A DNA stretch of 64,000 nt from Marsupella aquatica (Eukaryota; Plantae; Marchantiophyta), in assembly GCA_973895155.1 (NCBI GenBank), contig OZ316897.1, positions 12,051,832 to 12,115,831 on the forward strand, given 5' to 3'. Below are positions 1-13,000 of the stretch, piece after piece. The stretch's first letter is position 1. Each line of letters begins with the position of its first letter. The notes under the pieces are model-generated. The model did not search any database. It saw nothing but the letters and a program-made list of their open reading frames with translations, and was not told where the DNA came from. A program made the translations under genes and the position numbers.

Positions 1-975
1 ACAAGCTCATAAAATGCACCGCACAGTGCTGCCCTGAGCAGTGTGCGGAGATCTGTTCAAGGGCTCAAGCTTTCCAGGTTTATCACACAAATTCATGTCC
101 AAATTGCCCTCCCTGTCCACTTCTCCCACTCCCATGATCATTTCAATCAGTAATTCAGGTCCACTCCGCAGCAATTCATTCGTGAAATGTCACCTGTTGA
201 GCACTTCGTCAGGCAAGCTCATGAAATGCACCGCAGAGAGCTGCCTCAGCAGTGCGCCGAGATCTGTTCAGGGAATTAAGCCTTCACGGCTTATCATACA
301 ACTTCATGTCCAAATTGCCCTCCTTGTCCTCTTCTACCACTCCCAGGATCATCTCAATCAGTAATTCAGGCAATTCATTCGTGAGATGTCCCCCGTTGAG
401 CACTTCATCAGGCAAGCTCATGAAATGCACCGCACACAGTTGCTTCAGCAGTGTGCTGAGATCTGTTCAAGGAATCAAGCCTTCACAGTTCAGGGCACAA
501 ATTCATGTCCAAATTGCCCTCCCTGTCCACTTCTCCCACTTCCAGGATCATCTCAATCAATAATTCAGGTCCATTCTGCAGCGATTCATTCTTGAGATGT
601 CCCCTGTTGAGCACCTCACCCGGCAAGCTCATGAAATGCACCGCACAGTGCTGCCCTGGGCAGTGTGCCAATATCTGTTCAAGGAATCAAGACTTCACAG
701 TTGATCACACAAATTCATGTCCAAATTGCCCCCCATGTCCCACTTCTACCACTACCAGGATCACCTCAATCAGTAATCCATGTCCATTCTGCAGAAATTC
801 ATTCTTGAGATGTCCCCTTGAGCACTTCATCCGGCAAGCTCATGAAAATGCAACCACACGAAGCTGGCCTGAGCACTTTGCCGAGATTTGTCGAAGGAAT
901 CAAGCGTTCCCGGTGCACCATACAAATTCATGTCCAAATTGCCCTCCCCGTCCACTGCTCCCACTGCCAGGATCC
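1..975. repeat. ~210-bp tandem repeat, at least 4.5 diverged units, runs off the left edge
   Basis: Anchor aagctcat recurs at about 3, 215, 415, 626 and 836; ttcatgtccaaattgccc recurs in each unit. The short ORFs in the track repeat MSKLPS. Confidence 0.95.
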
Positions 976-1262
976 TCTCTGATGTGCCTTCCCGGCTGAT
1001 AAGAACTCATGTGGCGTTTAAACGCTCCACCCAGTACTGTCACAGGTACATCTCCCAATATGAAAATGCAAAATCTCTTCCTCGTTTTTGGGGGTTGCAT
1101 TGCCTCTTTTTTAGTGTGTGCTATTGGTCCTCTTTGGACCTCTTTTGCTTTCCCTTTCCTTTCGAACATGAAATTGCAAAAGGGAAGGTCCTGTGGGTCC
1201 ACCTCAATCAAGGTCAGAATCGTATCTGCCCATACCGTATCAGTTTTAACAAGCTCAGGGGG

Positions 1263-1414
1263 TAATCAGGAATGATTGGCCAAGGAATTCAGTTAATCAG
1301 GAATGATTGCCCAAGGAATTCAGTTAATTAGGAATGATTGCCCAATGAATTCAGTTAATCTGGGCTGATTGCCCAGGAATTCAGTTAATCAGGAATGATT
1401 GGCCGGGAATTCAG
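1263..1414. repeat. 31-bp minisatellite, ~5 copies
   Basis: Unit ggaattcagttaatcaggaatgattgcccaa repeated in tandem. Confidence 0.95.
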
Positions 1415-2958
1415 GGTGGCTTTGCAAAGAAGTATGGGGCATTTTTGACCAGCTTGTTTTTTAAGGTTTTTTCCACGTTGTTTGAATGGGAGAAGTTGTA
1501 TGAACATGACTTATCTACTGTAGTTTTCTTGGATTAATTTATGATCGTGAGATCTCCCTAGATTTAAGGATAATTGTCAGATTCGGGCTAATGGGGTCTA
1601 TGGGTGATTCGAACATGCCTACTGGAAGACAAAAAAAACCTAGCCAACTTTTGCAAAAAGTGGTACACACTTTTCAAAGTAGTGGAATCTAATCAATTTC
1701 TGCCACCAAAAGTTGCACTTCTTGTCCTAAAGATAGACTAGACTTCAGACCAAAAACCTTTTACAAAAATTGGGACAACAATGGAGCAGTTACTTCCAAG
1801 AATTTGCCATTAAATTTGATCACCAACAGTTCATATCAAGACCTGTCCATTTTGGCTTTACATGAAATTCAGAGGTCATTTACTCATTTGTATTGAACCC
1901 TATCCCAATCCTAGACTAACTAGAGTGGGTCCCCCAAAATGCTTACGCAGGCAGTGTAATTTTGGCTAAAATTTACACCTCCTCCAGAAGTGGTATTCTG
2001 GAAGAACCTCCCGGTTTCTACTCATTTTCCTACATTGGCTAGAGTGGGTCCCCAGGCAGTGTAATTTTGGTCAAAAGTCTATCTCAAGAGGTGGTATTTT
2101 GAGAAGAACCTTCTGTTGGTACACTATTAAAATAAATCACTACAGTATCTCACCATATTTTTTAATCTAATTGGACCCGCGGATCAGGTATCGGAAAACA
2201 CCAGTGACCTCTCTTCTTGTAAAGTCACAAAATAAGTATTTCAGGTCAGCATTTCCTTGGGCCCATTGCTTGCTATGTAACATTAGTAAACACCACACCT
2301 GAATGGGCCTGGAGTTCTTGTAAAGCCATTTGCAACAGTTTCCATTCACTATACAGTCCATATTTAATTTCACTAGGAATGAAAGGAAATAATGGGCCCC
2401 TGACCTCTTGTAAAGCCACCCTCAGACAGGGAGTGCAATTGTTAATTTGAATCTACATGCTGGACTCTACCTGGAGCTTCTCTAATGCCCTGTTCCATCT
2501 TCACGGGAACAAAACCAGAACTTTAGGTGTTCACGATGGGAGAAATAGAGGCAAACAAATTTGTACATTTTTTGTTTTTTGTTTTTGTCTTGAAGCACCC
2601 TATTAGTGACCAAGTACAATCCAATAGGAGATTCAAAGGCGGGTAACCCCAGAAATAAGTACCACAAGCCAGCAAGTTGGAAGTGCATAATAGGCCTTGT
2701 TCATAAAGATAACATGGGTTTTATGTTTTGGTAATTAATATTTAAATGAAATAGAATAAGTGGAATTCTATGAAACCCCACTTAGAAAGGGAATTGTCAG
2801 TCACAACAATTATAATATAGCATGCTTATCCTAGAACATGTTTCATTTTTGTTTTTTAATGATACACAGGTGTTCTAATTAAAATATAAATAGGATGTGC
2901 ACATAAGGTACAAAAATAAAAGTAGACATGTAAAGAAAAATAATAATGAACAAGAAAA

Positions 2959-3187
2959 GTTTAAGTTTATAGTATTGGGATGTGCACATAATGTACATGA
3001 GTAGAGTGCACATAACGAGTTTAAGTTTATGGTATTGGGATGTGCACATAATGTACATGAGTAGAGTGCACATAACGAGTTTAAGTTTATGGTATTGGGA
3101 TGTGCACATAATGTACATGAGTAGAGTGCACATAACGAGTTTAAGTTTATGGTATTGGGATGTGCACATAATGTACTTGAGTAGAGA
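2959..3187. repeat. 60-bp minisatellite, ~3.8 near-identical copies
   Basis: Lines 3001, 3061 and 3121 are essentially identical (gtagagtgcacataacgagtttaagtttatggtattgggatgtgcacataatgtacatga). Confidence 0.97.
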
Positions 3188-5067
3188 TACTTATGTACTT
3201 ACTTTAGGTAATGATACTCAAAATAATTAAAATCATAAATTTAGGATACAAAACCATGAGTAGTATTTAAAGACATAAGGTGTGCGCATTATTTAGATAA
3301 TTTTTTTCCGTACTCATGAGAATAAGGGCTAGAAATTCAAAGAGCTTTGTTAGAGGGAGGAGGATCTTAAAATATAGCAAAGATTTTAAAAAAATTAGAG
3401 GGGTGCAAGAATAAATTGGAAATATAAACTATACAAGGGATGCACCTTGGTAAGACACATTGAAATAAAAATGCATAACAAAAGAAGTTTGAATAAGACA
3501 AAATACTAAAACTTGCATTCACCATAATAGCAGCTTCAAAAAAATCACCATATAGCAGCTTCAAAAGGGAACTGTCAGTCACAATATTTGAACCTAAGAT
3601 TTATCAGTCTCCACTCAAGTGAACTATCACACAACTATGTCTCTTTTCTTTAACCCTGCAACATACTGAAATTGCTTCGCTTGCCAAACCTCCAAGCCTA
3701 TATTACTAGGGTGGATTTCTTATTGTCTTTGTATTGGAAAAAAAGCTCCCATGGACACAAAAGTTAGTTATGACACATACAGACCATGGTGTAGCAAAAC
3801 AGGGGTAAAATATTCTGGGAATGCTACAAATAGTATTATGGGGGTATAAATTTAATGTTTGAATCCAGAAGGGTCCACACTTATCAGTGAGAGCACAAAT
3901 TCCTTTGTGAAACTCTTATGGATAAGTGCATAACATTTCTAGGTGGCGTGCTATGATCGAAATAGTTGACATGGGTTTGTGATGGGGATTTACAGTTGAT
4001 GTTTAGGCAAAGCAGGAGAATCCTACTTGATGCAAAATGACACCCTTTCAACTGAGACAAGGGACACAGGAACGAGAAATGATTGAAGGCAAGCAACAAG
4101 AATCATAGTGTTTTTTGTGTGCAATGTCTGAAAGTGTGCACTTATTATGTAGGGCAAACCTCATTTACACGCTTGCCCAGGAATCTTCCCTTGAGTGTGC
4201 ATTTAAAAATCATTCCCTTGAGTGAGCATACACTGTATTTTATTGTATCAAAGTTTTTTCCTGGTCCTCTACCCCTTTTAAAATTTATAAATAAATAAAA
4301 GCCCCTTTCTGGATAGCATATGTTGATCCATCTGACTGTGCAAACAGGTCATCATGACACAAGATATGAGGAAGTTAATAAATGAATCCGACTTTCTTTG
4401 GAGCACATAGTTGTCAGTTTTTGGACATGATTGGTTATTATTTGTGGTCGTGCATTTTGTTAACTCGATGATTCCCAAACGAATCTGTCATCGATTTGTC
4501 TAAAAAGAATTATGATCGCATAAAGAGTAGAAAGATCGAATGTTTGTGCAGAGAATATGGCAAGTTGGGATCAGAGAAGCCATGGCGAGTCAGGTACCGT
4601 GATTAGGTGACTATGTCAAATAAATAAATAAATAAAACATTTTCAAAGAAGAAATAGTAGCATGGGGAGACAGGACACCAAGGGTAGAAGAGCACCAAGG
4701 GTAGAAGAGCCAATAAAAGTAGAAACCCACTGAGTCCAAAGGGGCAAAATGCCCAAGAGTAAAATAACATGTTATCATGGGTATGCTTACATAAAAAAAC
4801 AATAAACATGGGTCCAATTTCCTTTTGGTCTTGAACGGAAATGGGGAGGAAATACAATTAGATTCCCCCCACCCCAATGTGACACTTTTTCTGTAGGGAA
4901 CCCAGACCCGGGTGAACCCCAACTGACCCAACAGGGACCCGCACCAGGAAGGAGAGAGGATTAAATCAGGGCCACAAGTGGGCAACTAGGGGCCGAGCAG
5001 ATAATCGGAACTCCAATCCACTACCCACAAAACCAATCCCACCCACACATATATACCCCTCCATACA

Positions 5068-5130
5068 CCCAGATTGAACCTAGGACCTCTTAGTTCTAGG
5101 CAAATCCCCTAGCCAATTGACCTAAGCCAA
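5068..5130 (-). mobile_element. degenerate tRNA-derived SINE head / tRNA-like relic
   Basis: Minus strand reads tggcttaggtcaattggctagggg...gaggtcctaggttcaatctggg: A-box-like and B-box-like (GGTTCAATC) motifs at tRNA spacing, without a clean cloverleaf. Confidence 0.5.
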
Positions 5131-6221
5131 TTGGTTATGGGTCCATTTTCCCCTGACCTTGTTGGGACTCTCTCTCTCTTATTTTTTTATTATATATATA
5201 TTTTTAGAATATGCTTGTGAGTAGGGATGGGCATGGAGTCTGGGTGCAGGGACTAAGTGCGGTGGTCTTGTGAGCTGCGGGTGGGAAACAAACAGACAAA
5301 ACAAGAAGACACTGCTTGCTTAGCCAACTTTCTCATCCACTCCTCCTGTGTGCTAACTACAAGCAAACCTGTATCTCTGACAATAGAAGATTGATATAAA
5401 ACATTACTCACATGTCCAATGCCTTTCCTGTGCATACAGATATGTATTCAGGCTATACACTTTACAGGTAAAATTATAGTTTTACGTAGTGCCTGGAGGG
5501 TCCAACTTACTGTACATAGTTGTCAAGTGAGGCACATAAAAAATGCTGTTGAGCAGGCACCTGACCACAGTCATGTACAGTGGCACTTTACACTATTGTA
5601 ACCCAATGGTTTAATGGTATTAATCCACAAAATTTCTCACCTCACTAATTCCAGAGTGCTATCCTCTTTCCTCACAATAGGTGCATGCCCGGCTCTGAGG
5701 GTGATGGGAACCGTCAAATTCTCCAACGTGGCCATCTTAGGGGCATAGGATCTTCGCAGTTAATAATGGGTAAGTCAACTAAGCCATGACTAAAAAGTGG
5801 CATTGTAGTAATGTATCTAGTGAAGCATAATCCAAAGCTAAGATATGACCAACTGTTCTAGAGTGAAGCCTCTAGGCTGTGACACTGGGGCCAACAATGG
5901 TGGGGTTGGACAAAGAAACTCGAAATTTGTTTTGGTCAGCTGCTGTGGGCAATCTCCATCTGCACCCGTGACCTAAACCCAAATTTGGGACATATTTACC
6001 CCAGGTTCCCATTTGGGAACTCAACATTGTTTTATTTTCAAATTTGATCACATTTCTCAAGTGCCCACCAACCACCATTGAAGGCCGCCAGTACAATTGC
6101 ATGGACTAATTTTTGGTGTGGACATCAGTGCACTGAACGCCCAAGGTAGTGGCACTAACATTTTTCAACCACAACCCGGCCCACAGAGGTCCGGTCACCT
6201 GAAACCTCCTGGAAACATCCG

Positions 6222-6828
6222 GTTTATATTAATGTTTGAGACGTCATTCTGCTAAAACCCAGTTTATATTAATGCACTTTTGACCCCTAAAATCATAGAG
6301 TAAGTTAGTGTTGAGCAGAAGAGAGCAGAGAAGGCAGCCGACCACAGTTTATATTAATGTAATAGACGTGATTCTGCTAAAACCCAGTTTATATTAATGC
6401 ACTTTGACCCCTAAAATCATAGAGTAAGTGTTGAGCAGAGGAGAGCAGAGGAGGCAGCCCATAGTTAATATTAATGTTTGAGACGCCATTCTGCTAAAAC
6501 CCAGTTTATTTTAATGCACTTTGACTCCTAAAATCATAGACTAAGTTACTGTTGAGCAGAGGAGAGCAGAGAAGGCCGCCGACCACGCTTTACATTAATG
6601 TTTGAGACGCCATTCTGCTAAAACCCAGTTTATATTAATGCACTTTGACCCCTAAAATCATGGATTAATAAGTTAGTGTTGAGCAGAGGAGAGCAGAGAA
6701 GGCAGCCGACCACGGTTTACATTAATGTTTGAGACGCCATTCTGCTAAAACCCAGTTTATAGCAATGCACTTTTGACCCCTTTAAATCATAGATTAAGTT
6801 ACTGTTGAGCAGAGGAGGCAGCCGACCT
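6222..6828. repeat. ~125-bp minisatellite, ~5 copies, directly upstream of the DUF1685-like gene
   Basis: Unit containing ttctgctaaaacccagtttatattaatgcactttgacccctaaaatcatag...gttgagcagaggagagcagagaaggcagcc repeated five times. Confidence 0.95.
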
Positions 6829-7603
6829 CGGTGGTGCACAGTGTCGCACTACACTACTGTACTGTAGAAAGGCGATGGTAGAATAGTAGTAAAGGGACTA
6901 AGGGAGGGAGGGAGGGAGGGCCAACGGTAAAGAAGGTGCCGCACGTGACGGGGAGGGGGAAGGCTATGGCGGACGGATGGAAGTGACAGAGAAAGGGGAG
7001 CTGGAGTCTGCTGCTGGAGGTGAGCAGTGGCGTGTAGTGCTGGTGCACGCAAGGGCAATGCAATTGGCAGCCGCTTGAGAGAGAAGGGAGGGGGAAAAGA
7101 TTGGAGCGCCAAAGAAGGAAAGGAGAAGCGATTGTTCGTTTGTTTGTTTCTGGGTGTGAGTTGAGTGAAGCTTGCAGGAGAGAGAAATCGGTTCATAGAG
7201 TAAGGTAAGAGAGAGGAGCCAATGCTGCAGAAGAGTAGAAGGGAGGAGTGTGTTGGAGGAGGAGGAGGAGGAAGAGCAGCAGCAGGAGGAGAGATGAGGC
7301 GGAGGAAGGGTCGAGAGAAGAGATGGAAGAAGATGAGGATGGTGGGATTGACCGTCGGCAACAAAGAAGATCATGAGGAGGAAGAGCAGCTGGTGCAGAA
7401 GATCTGTTGCAGCAGACCGGAACGAAGAGTGATGGGGATGGTGGAGGGGGAACAATAGAGAGGAGGAGATTGTAGAGCTGGGGGAAGTAATTCAAAGCCA
7501 TCAGGGCAATCAGTGGAGAAAGGATGCCCCAGATTTCATCTATGATAGAAGAATCCAGCAAGCTGTCCGAGAAAAGAGGTCAGAAGGAGTGACATTGGGA
7601 GAC

Positions 7604-10042
7604 ATGGCAGTGAAATCAGCAGCCTTCTCCTCCGTTTTCTCGTTCTTCAAACCCTTTAGAGCAGCTCAGCAACTGACTGCAGAGAATAGCGGCGACCCTG
7701 CCTCGCCGAAGACCCCAATTTGTAACGAGGGACAAGAGGATTCTTCCACGACAGTGACGCTAGTGGACCACCAGCGGAAGCAGCAGCAACAGCGAGTGTT
7801 TGTTGTGTCTCCTCCCGTCTCTCCATTCACTACTTCGGTGGCGAAGGAGACGACGTCAGGTCTAATTGATCCCGCTTCGTTTTTGATTGAAAGGCTCGAG
7901 AAAGGATGGTTTGAGGAGAATGTGGTGGGCATCTCGGGATGGTGGGACGTCTGCAGCACCCTTTCTTGGCCAGGGGGAGGCGGAAGAGGAGTCCAAGATT
8001 GGCGAGGGCAACCGACAACCAGTGATTTGATGGCGTGGGTCCCTACAAATGACTCTGATTCCGAGCTCTTTTTGGGACCACCTGCGAGAATTCGGACTCC
8101 AAATTTGGGGTCCAGCAGCCAACTGCATCTGTTCCCCACCATTGAATTGGCCAGCACTTCTGGCAACTCTCTCTCTACCGCTAGAGATCCAGCAGGCCTG
8201 CCCGGGTCTAGATTGCGGAAGCTCCCCAGAGTCTATACCGACAACAAGATCTCTCACTCTGATAAGGAGCAGAGGCATCGTCCCCGCTCCTTACGCACCC
8301 AGTCAAATGATCTCCTGGAAGCTGTTCAACAGTTCAACGACAAGCAATCTAAGGTGGGTCGGTTTAGAATCTCGAAGAGGCACACTTGGCGAGTAGGAGC
8401 TATGTTCTCATCCTTAGAATTGAGGGAAACTCACCGAAAAAGCCCCTTCACCTGGATCCCCTTGTACCTCTTTGGTGCGTTGCTCTTCCATTTCCTCTCT
8501 TGGAAATCGAAACACTCTCCAGTTTGGGCTCTTGCCCTTCTCCCTTGAATCATTTGGAGCACGTGGACAAGATCCGTTCAGAGCTCATTCTAAACTCGTT
8601 CTGTACTCGTTTCCAACAAAGAGTCAACTGCGCTCCAGAACGTAGCAACGCAAAATCTAAAGGCTTATGAGCCTTACTGAGCCAGGACAGGGTACTTCTG
8701 CCAATTAACGGGTATTATCACCCGTTCGTTAAAGTAGTGCACGATTCATTTGTAAGTCTCTTGCCCCTGTGCCTGTCACTGGTAGAAGTGAACTAGCTAG
8801 ATGGATCGGCGACATGGCTTAGGAGGGCAGATTGTCATTCAATGTAGGCAATGGACATGATTTGGTGAGGCGTCAGATATGTAGTGAATTTGGTATTTTA
8901 ATCAACGAATTACATAGAGAATAATGTTTGGTGCGCACGTGATTTCAGATTCTATGTCAGATTCTTAGCGTTGTGGGACCTTAAGGATATGAAATCCTAT
9001 CATTTGCTAGTTTGTCGTCCTGTTCTGTCGCACTGCTCTACTCTCGAGTCTACCTCATCTACACACTGTATAATCGAACCGGTCTGCCTTCTTTAGAAGT
9101 CTTCTGAGTTTATGAAAAGCTCCGTAGCGGCAAGTAGCATTTGAACTTACTTTCCAACTTTGTATATGGGAGTGAGCTATGGATTGGAAGATGGTAAGAG
9201 TGAACTCATCCTCCGCTATCCTGGTGTGTGGTCAAACGCACTGACAAGCAATTTGGCTTTTGACTTCGATCAACAGATCCGCCTTTCCACAAAGGCGGAG
9301 AAGCCTGCGGGCAAGCTGGAAGTTGCGTCTTCAGACAAGGAGCGGTTTGCACATTCTAGAATCGAACCGGTCTGCTTTCTTCTGAAGTCTTTTAAGTTTA
9401 TGAAAAGCTCTTTAGTAGCAAGTAGCTTTTGAACTTCCAACTTTGCATATGGGAGTGAGCTACGGATTGAACGTTGCAAAAGTGAAGTCGTCCTCTGCTA
9501 TCCTGGTGTGTAGGCAAATGAACTGACAAGCAATTGGGTTTTTGACTTTTGATCAACAGATCCGCGATTCCACAAAGGTGGAGAAGCCTGCGGGCAAGCT
9601 GGAAGTTGGGTCTTCTGACAGGGAGCGGAGGAGGGTCCAAAAACATGACAGTACCTCTATGCCAGTAGCTCCTAGAAGAAGGAGAAGGGAGGACCGAAAG
9701 AAACTTTCAATTAGCCTAACAGAAGGCGAGTTCAACGAGTTGACGGGTGTGGATTTAAATTCTACCCGAAATTGTTACACCCCTCCGGGTACCAAGGAGT
9801 TTGCTGGTCTGAAATGGTACATGGATGGAGATGACGTGCGGCAGCAATCTCCCAACAAGCCGTCTCATCGATCGAGGTTCGGCTCTCCAAGGGGTTCGAT
9901 CGAGGTTCCGCCCTCGAAAGGGATGGAGTCGCCTTTGCTTAAAGCGCACATCCCTTCAAATATTAGTAGCGATGCGGATATTAAAGCACATCTGAAGTTT
10001 TGGGCTCATTCTGTGGCTTCCACTGTCAGTGCCGAATGCTGA
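7604..10042 (+). CDS. DUF1685-family plant protein; exons 7604-8353 and 9560-10042
   Basis: N-terminal LIERLEKGWFEENVV matches the family LxxFDxxWFxxNI-type motif. C-terminal KKLSISLTEGEF and ADIKAHLKFWAHSVASTV match the DMKxxLKFWAxxVAS signature. Donor AAG|GTGGGT at 8353 and acceptor CAACAG|ATC at 9560 join in phase 0. Confidence 0.78.
9072..9630. repeat. ~285-bp tandem duplication spanning the 3' splice site and exon-2 start of the DUF1685-like gene
   Basis: aatcgaaccggtctgc at 9072 and 9360; gatcaacagatccgc...aagcctgcgggcaagctggaagttg in both copies. Confidence 0.9.
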
Positions 10043-13000
10043 ACCAACAAGTTTTGTACAGTATACTGTTTCTAGACGGGAGGGAGAAAATAGCTGGCAC
10101 TCCCGCAGGCTGAGCTTTCACTCGGCAATCCTGACTACTGGATAACTGGTAGTTCAAAGATCTGAAAAGGTAGCTTGTAGTTGAAATTCTTTTCCAGGTC
10201 CACTTGCAGAAGTGACCTACCGGCGCATAACCTTCCTCCCATCTTCAAAGGATATGGTATGCACTCCAAAGATCAAGATAGATCTAGTAGGTTGTGTCTA
10301 TAATGTAGACATTCTCTTGAATTTATAACTTGTAGTTAGAAAGGTTAGAGGTTTTAGCGGGTTGGTTAGTTTTGTGTTCAGTACAGGTCTCGTTGCGTCT
10401 AGTAGTAGTGCTCGTCTCTCCAAATAACGTGGCTAATTGGACTCCCACAGCCAGGTTGACCAATTCTCGAAGTTCCGTATCCTCTCTCCTTCCCTCCCCT
10501 CTCCTCCGCGACTATCCAAGTCACCTGATACTCTCTGATGTACATCGTGGACTTTCAGTCTGTCGCGCCCCTAAACCATTCTCCTCTTTCATTCCGTGGC
10601 TGCAGGGCTCTTGCAAATGCAAGTTCTCCTATGCATTTATGAGGTTGTTTGAGCTGTGCAAATCTATCTCAAATCCTCAGGCCTTGAGCTTTCTCTTCAG
10701 TCAGCCACTTTTACATGAGTTTCCAGGTGCTCAAAAGTGTCAAAGAGGAAGGGAAGGACTCTTCCAACTCAAAACTTTACAGAGACCAAGTTGCCGCCGA
10801 TACTCTAGAACCAATGAACATCGGACATTGTTATATTTAGAGCCAACAGACTGTCGCTATTCCGTCTAAAACCCTTTTCTGGAGATTCATTTTCAAAAAT
10901 CTCTCTTCTCTACTCTCTGGACAGTCTAAACAAATTAATGGCTCAAACTAGCTTTGTCCTCTGGATTAGCAGAGGAAGTTTGTAGTGTGCTCCTTAGCTT
11001 AGAGCATTACCTACCTAGAGTAGCGACAAGTGATGTGAAGTAGGTCCAGTAGAGCAAGAAAGTGGACCAGCTAAGTTGATAAATTTAGAGTCATTGGAAG
11101 CAAGTATGCCACCATCATATTCGTTCCACTACTCTGGATGGCCCATATCAGAATTTCCTCTGGTGATCATTGTGTTCTTTGTTCTTGCGTGCATTCACAC
11201 ATTGGGTTCATGGCTTGGAACACGTGTGATGGATTGATGTATATTTCGTGTTGCCTCCCACTTCCCATGGTTACAGCAATTTTGGGCTATTCTCAATACT
11301 GTAATTGTCCAAAGGATTTTTGAAAGGCTTGAAGCGTTCCTCGTTTTGCCTTGACACTCATAGCACTTGTTTTGAGGTTTCTCGCAATTGGATGTACACA
11401 ATAGTATATTGTGATGCACTGATCTATGTGGCATGCTCTGTAAAATGCGTCGGCCTCCTCTTGGCGTGGTCACTGCCAGCAATCTTGGGCTGTTGTCAAC
11501 ACTCTAGTTGTCCAAATGGATTTTTTTAAGGACTCACCGTTTCTCGTTTTGCCTTGTCACCGCTAGAGTGTGTAGCAATTGGATGTACACAATATTATAA
11601 TAGTCCACTTGGGCGAGCGGATTGGACAGTCCTCGCCTTTCTCTCTGAGGCTATTTACTAAAAATGATCCAGCAATGGACTTAATTCGGAGACTTTCCTT
11701 CAAGAAGACACTTGGAGTTGTGGTTTGTGTGGAGCTTATCCCAATGTGAGGCACCATCAAGCATCCGGAGACGGAAGAGTCGGTCAATCATGGCTATTCA
11801 GCTGGTCCCATGTGCTGCAGGGTGCTGCCTGCCTTGGACACCCCTTCCTGGTCGGAATAAAGATTTGGTGATATGAGTGCAATGCAGCAAATGAAGTAGA
11901 CCAGCTTCTGTTGCGGCAAGCATACCAGTTTTTCTCAGGGCCTTCTGATTCTGGACCCATGGTCTTCAGCAAGCATACCTTAGCTGAAGTGCACAAGTTT
12001 CTGATTCAGCATGCGTACTAGTTTTTTCTCAGGGCCTACTGACTCTGGACCAAGACTCTTCAGCAAGCATACCTCAGCTGCAGAGGCCCAACTTTCTACC
12101 TTGCAATGACTTCTCTTCTTGTATAACGTCTGGCAATGAGTTTTTGAAGGATGCGCCATAGTGCTGAAGAGAGTAATTAGTTAACGTTGAGCTCGGAACA
12201 GTATCTCTGAAATGAAAGCCAACAGTATTAAATTTTTACACTTTGTCCAAAACTTATTATGCATCTTCTAAAGTCGTCATGATACCATACTAAGATCCTA
12301 CATACTTTTAGCATAAACATTTGTGGAAAGGTCTTGGCCATTCACAGCCACTCTAGGCAGTCCGGGCTGCTGAAAATACCAAGAAATCAATGATAGGATA
12401 GAATTTGCCCAAAGCTTTCAATATTGGTATCCCGAAAGAGTGAGCAATGTGATGCTGAAAACCACTACACAAAATTGTTTTCCAAAATTGTTTCCCATTT
12501 TCAGCTTTGGTGAACAAGTGCACCACCCTGCTGGCGTTACACTCACTAGTGAACAAGCTTTAGAATGATTGTGTTTACAACTAGATTCAACATGTCCGCT
12601 AAGTGATCACCTTAAGAATGCAATTTGGAAATAGGCATGAGTGTTGCAACCGCATCAGTTATAAGTTGTCATTATCAGGTATGGGTTGCTCCGATTAGTC
12701 ATTTGTGTGTGGAACCTTCCTACTCAGTGGGGCCAAAGAGATGACTCTGCCAACTTGAAAAAGTGACTCGACAGGGTTAGACTAGTGGAATTTTCCCTAA
12801 AGTTTTTCACCTGATGGCTCTGGGTGAAAAGTGACTTGGCGAGGGTCGGTTGAGTGAAAATTTTCAACTCGGCAAGGCTGTTGAGTGAAAAGTGACTCGA
12901 CGAGATCAACCAAGTGGAAATTCTCCAGTTTGGCAAGTCCCCCCTAGAAAATAAAGCTGACCACCAAAATGATATTCAATTCAGCGAGACCCCTAAGCTT

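Noticed and set aside
1263-3187. 31-bp and 60-bp arrays as CRISPR-like repeats
   Set aside because: Units are contiguous with no unique spacers, there are no cas genes, and the context is eukaryotic.
5068-5130. Functional tRNA gene
   Set aside because: The acceptor and anticodon stems do not pair convincingly; treated as a SINE-like relic.
6849-7561. Low-complexity ORFs on both strands
   Set aside because: By-products of the GA-rich leader of the DUF1685-like gene.
10372-10869. 165-aa ORF
   Set aside because: Non-ATG start, no recognisable motif or splice context.
12749-12935. Small MITE with tgccaa...ttggca ends and internal aaaagtgactcg repeats
   Set aside because: The terminal match is short and no TSD or second copy is visible in the window.
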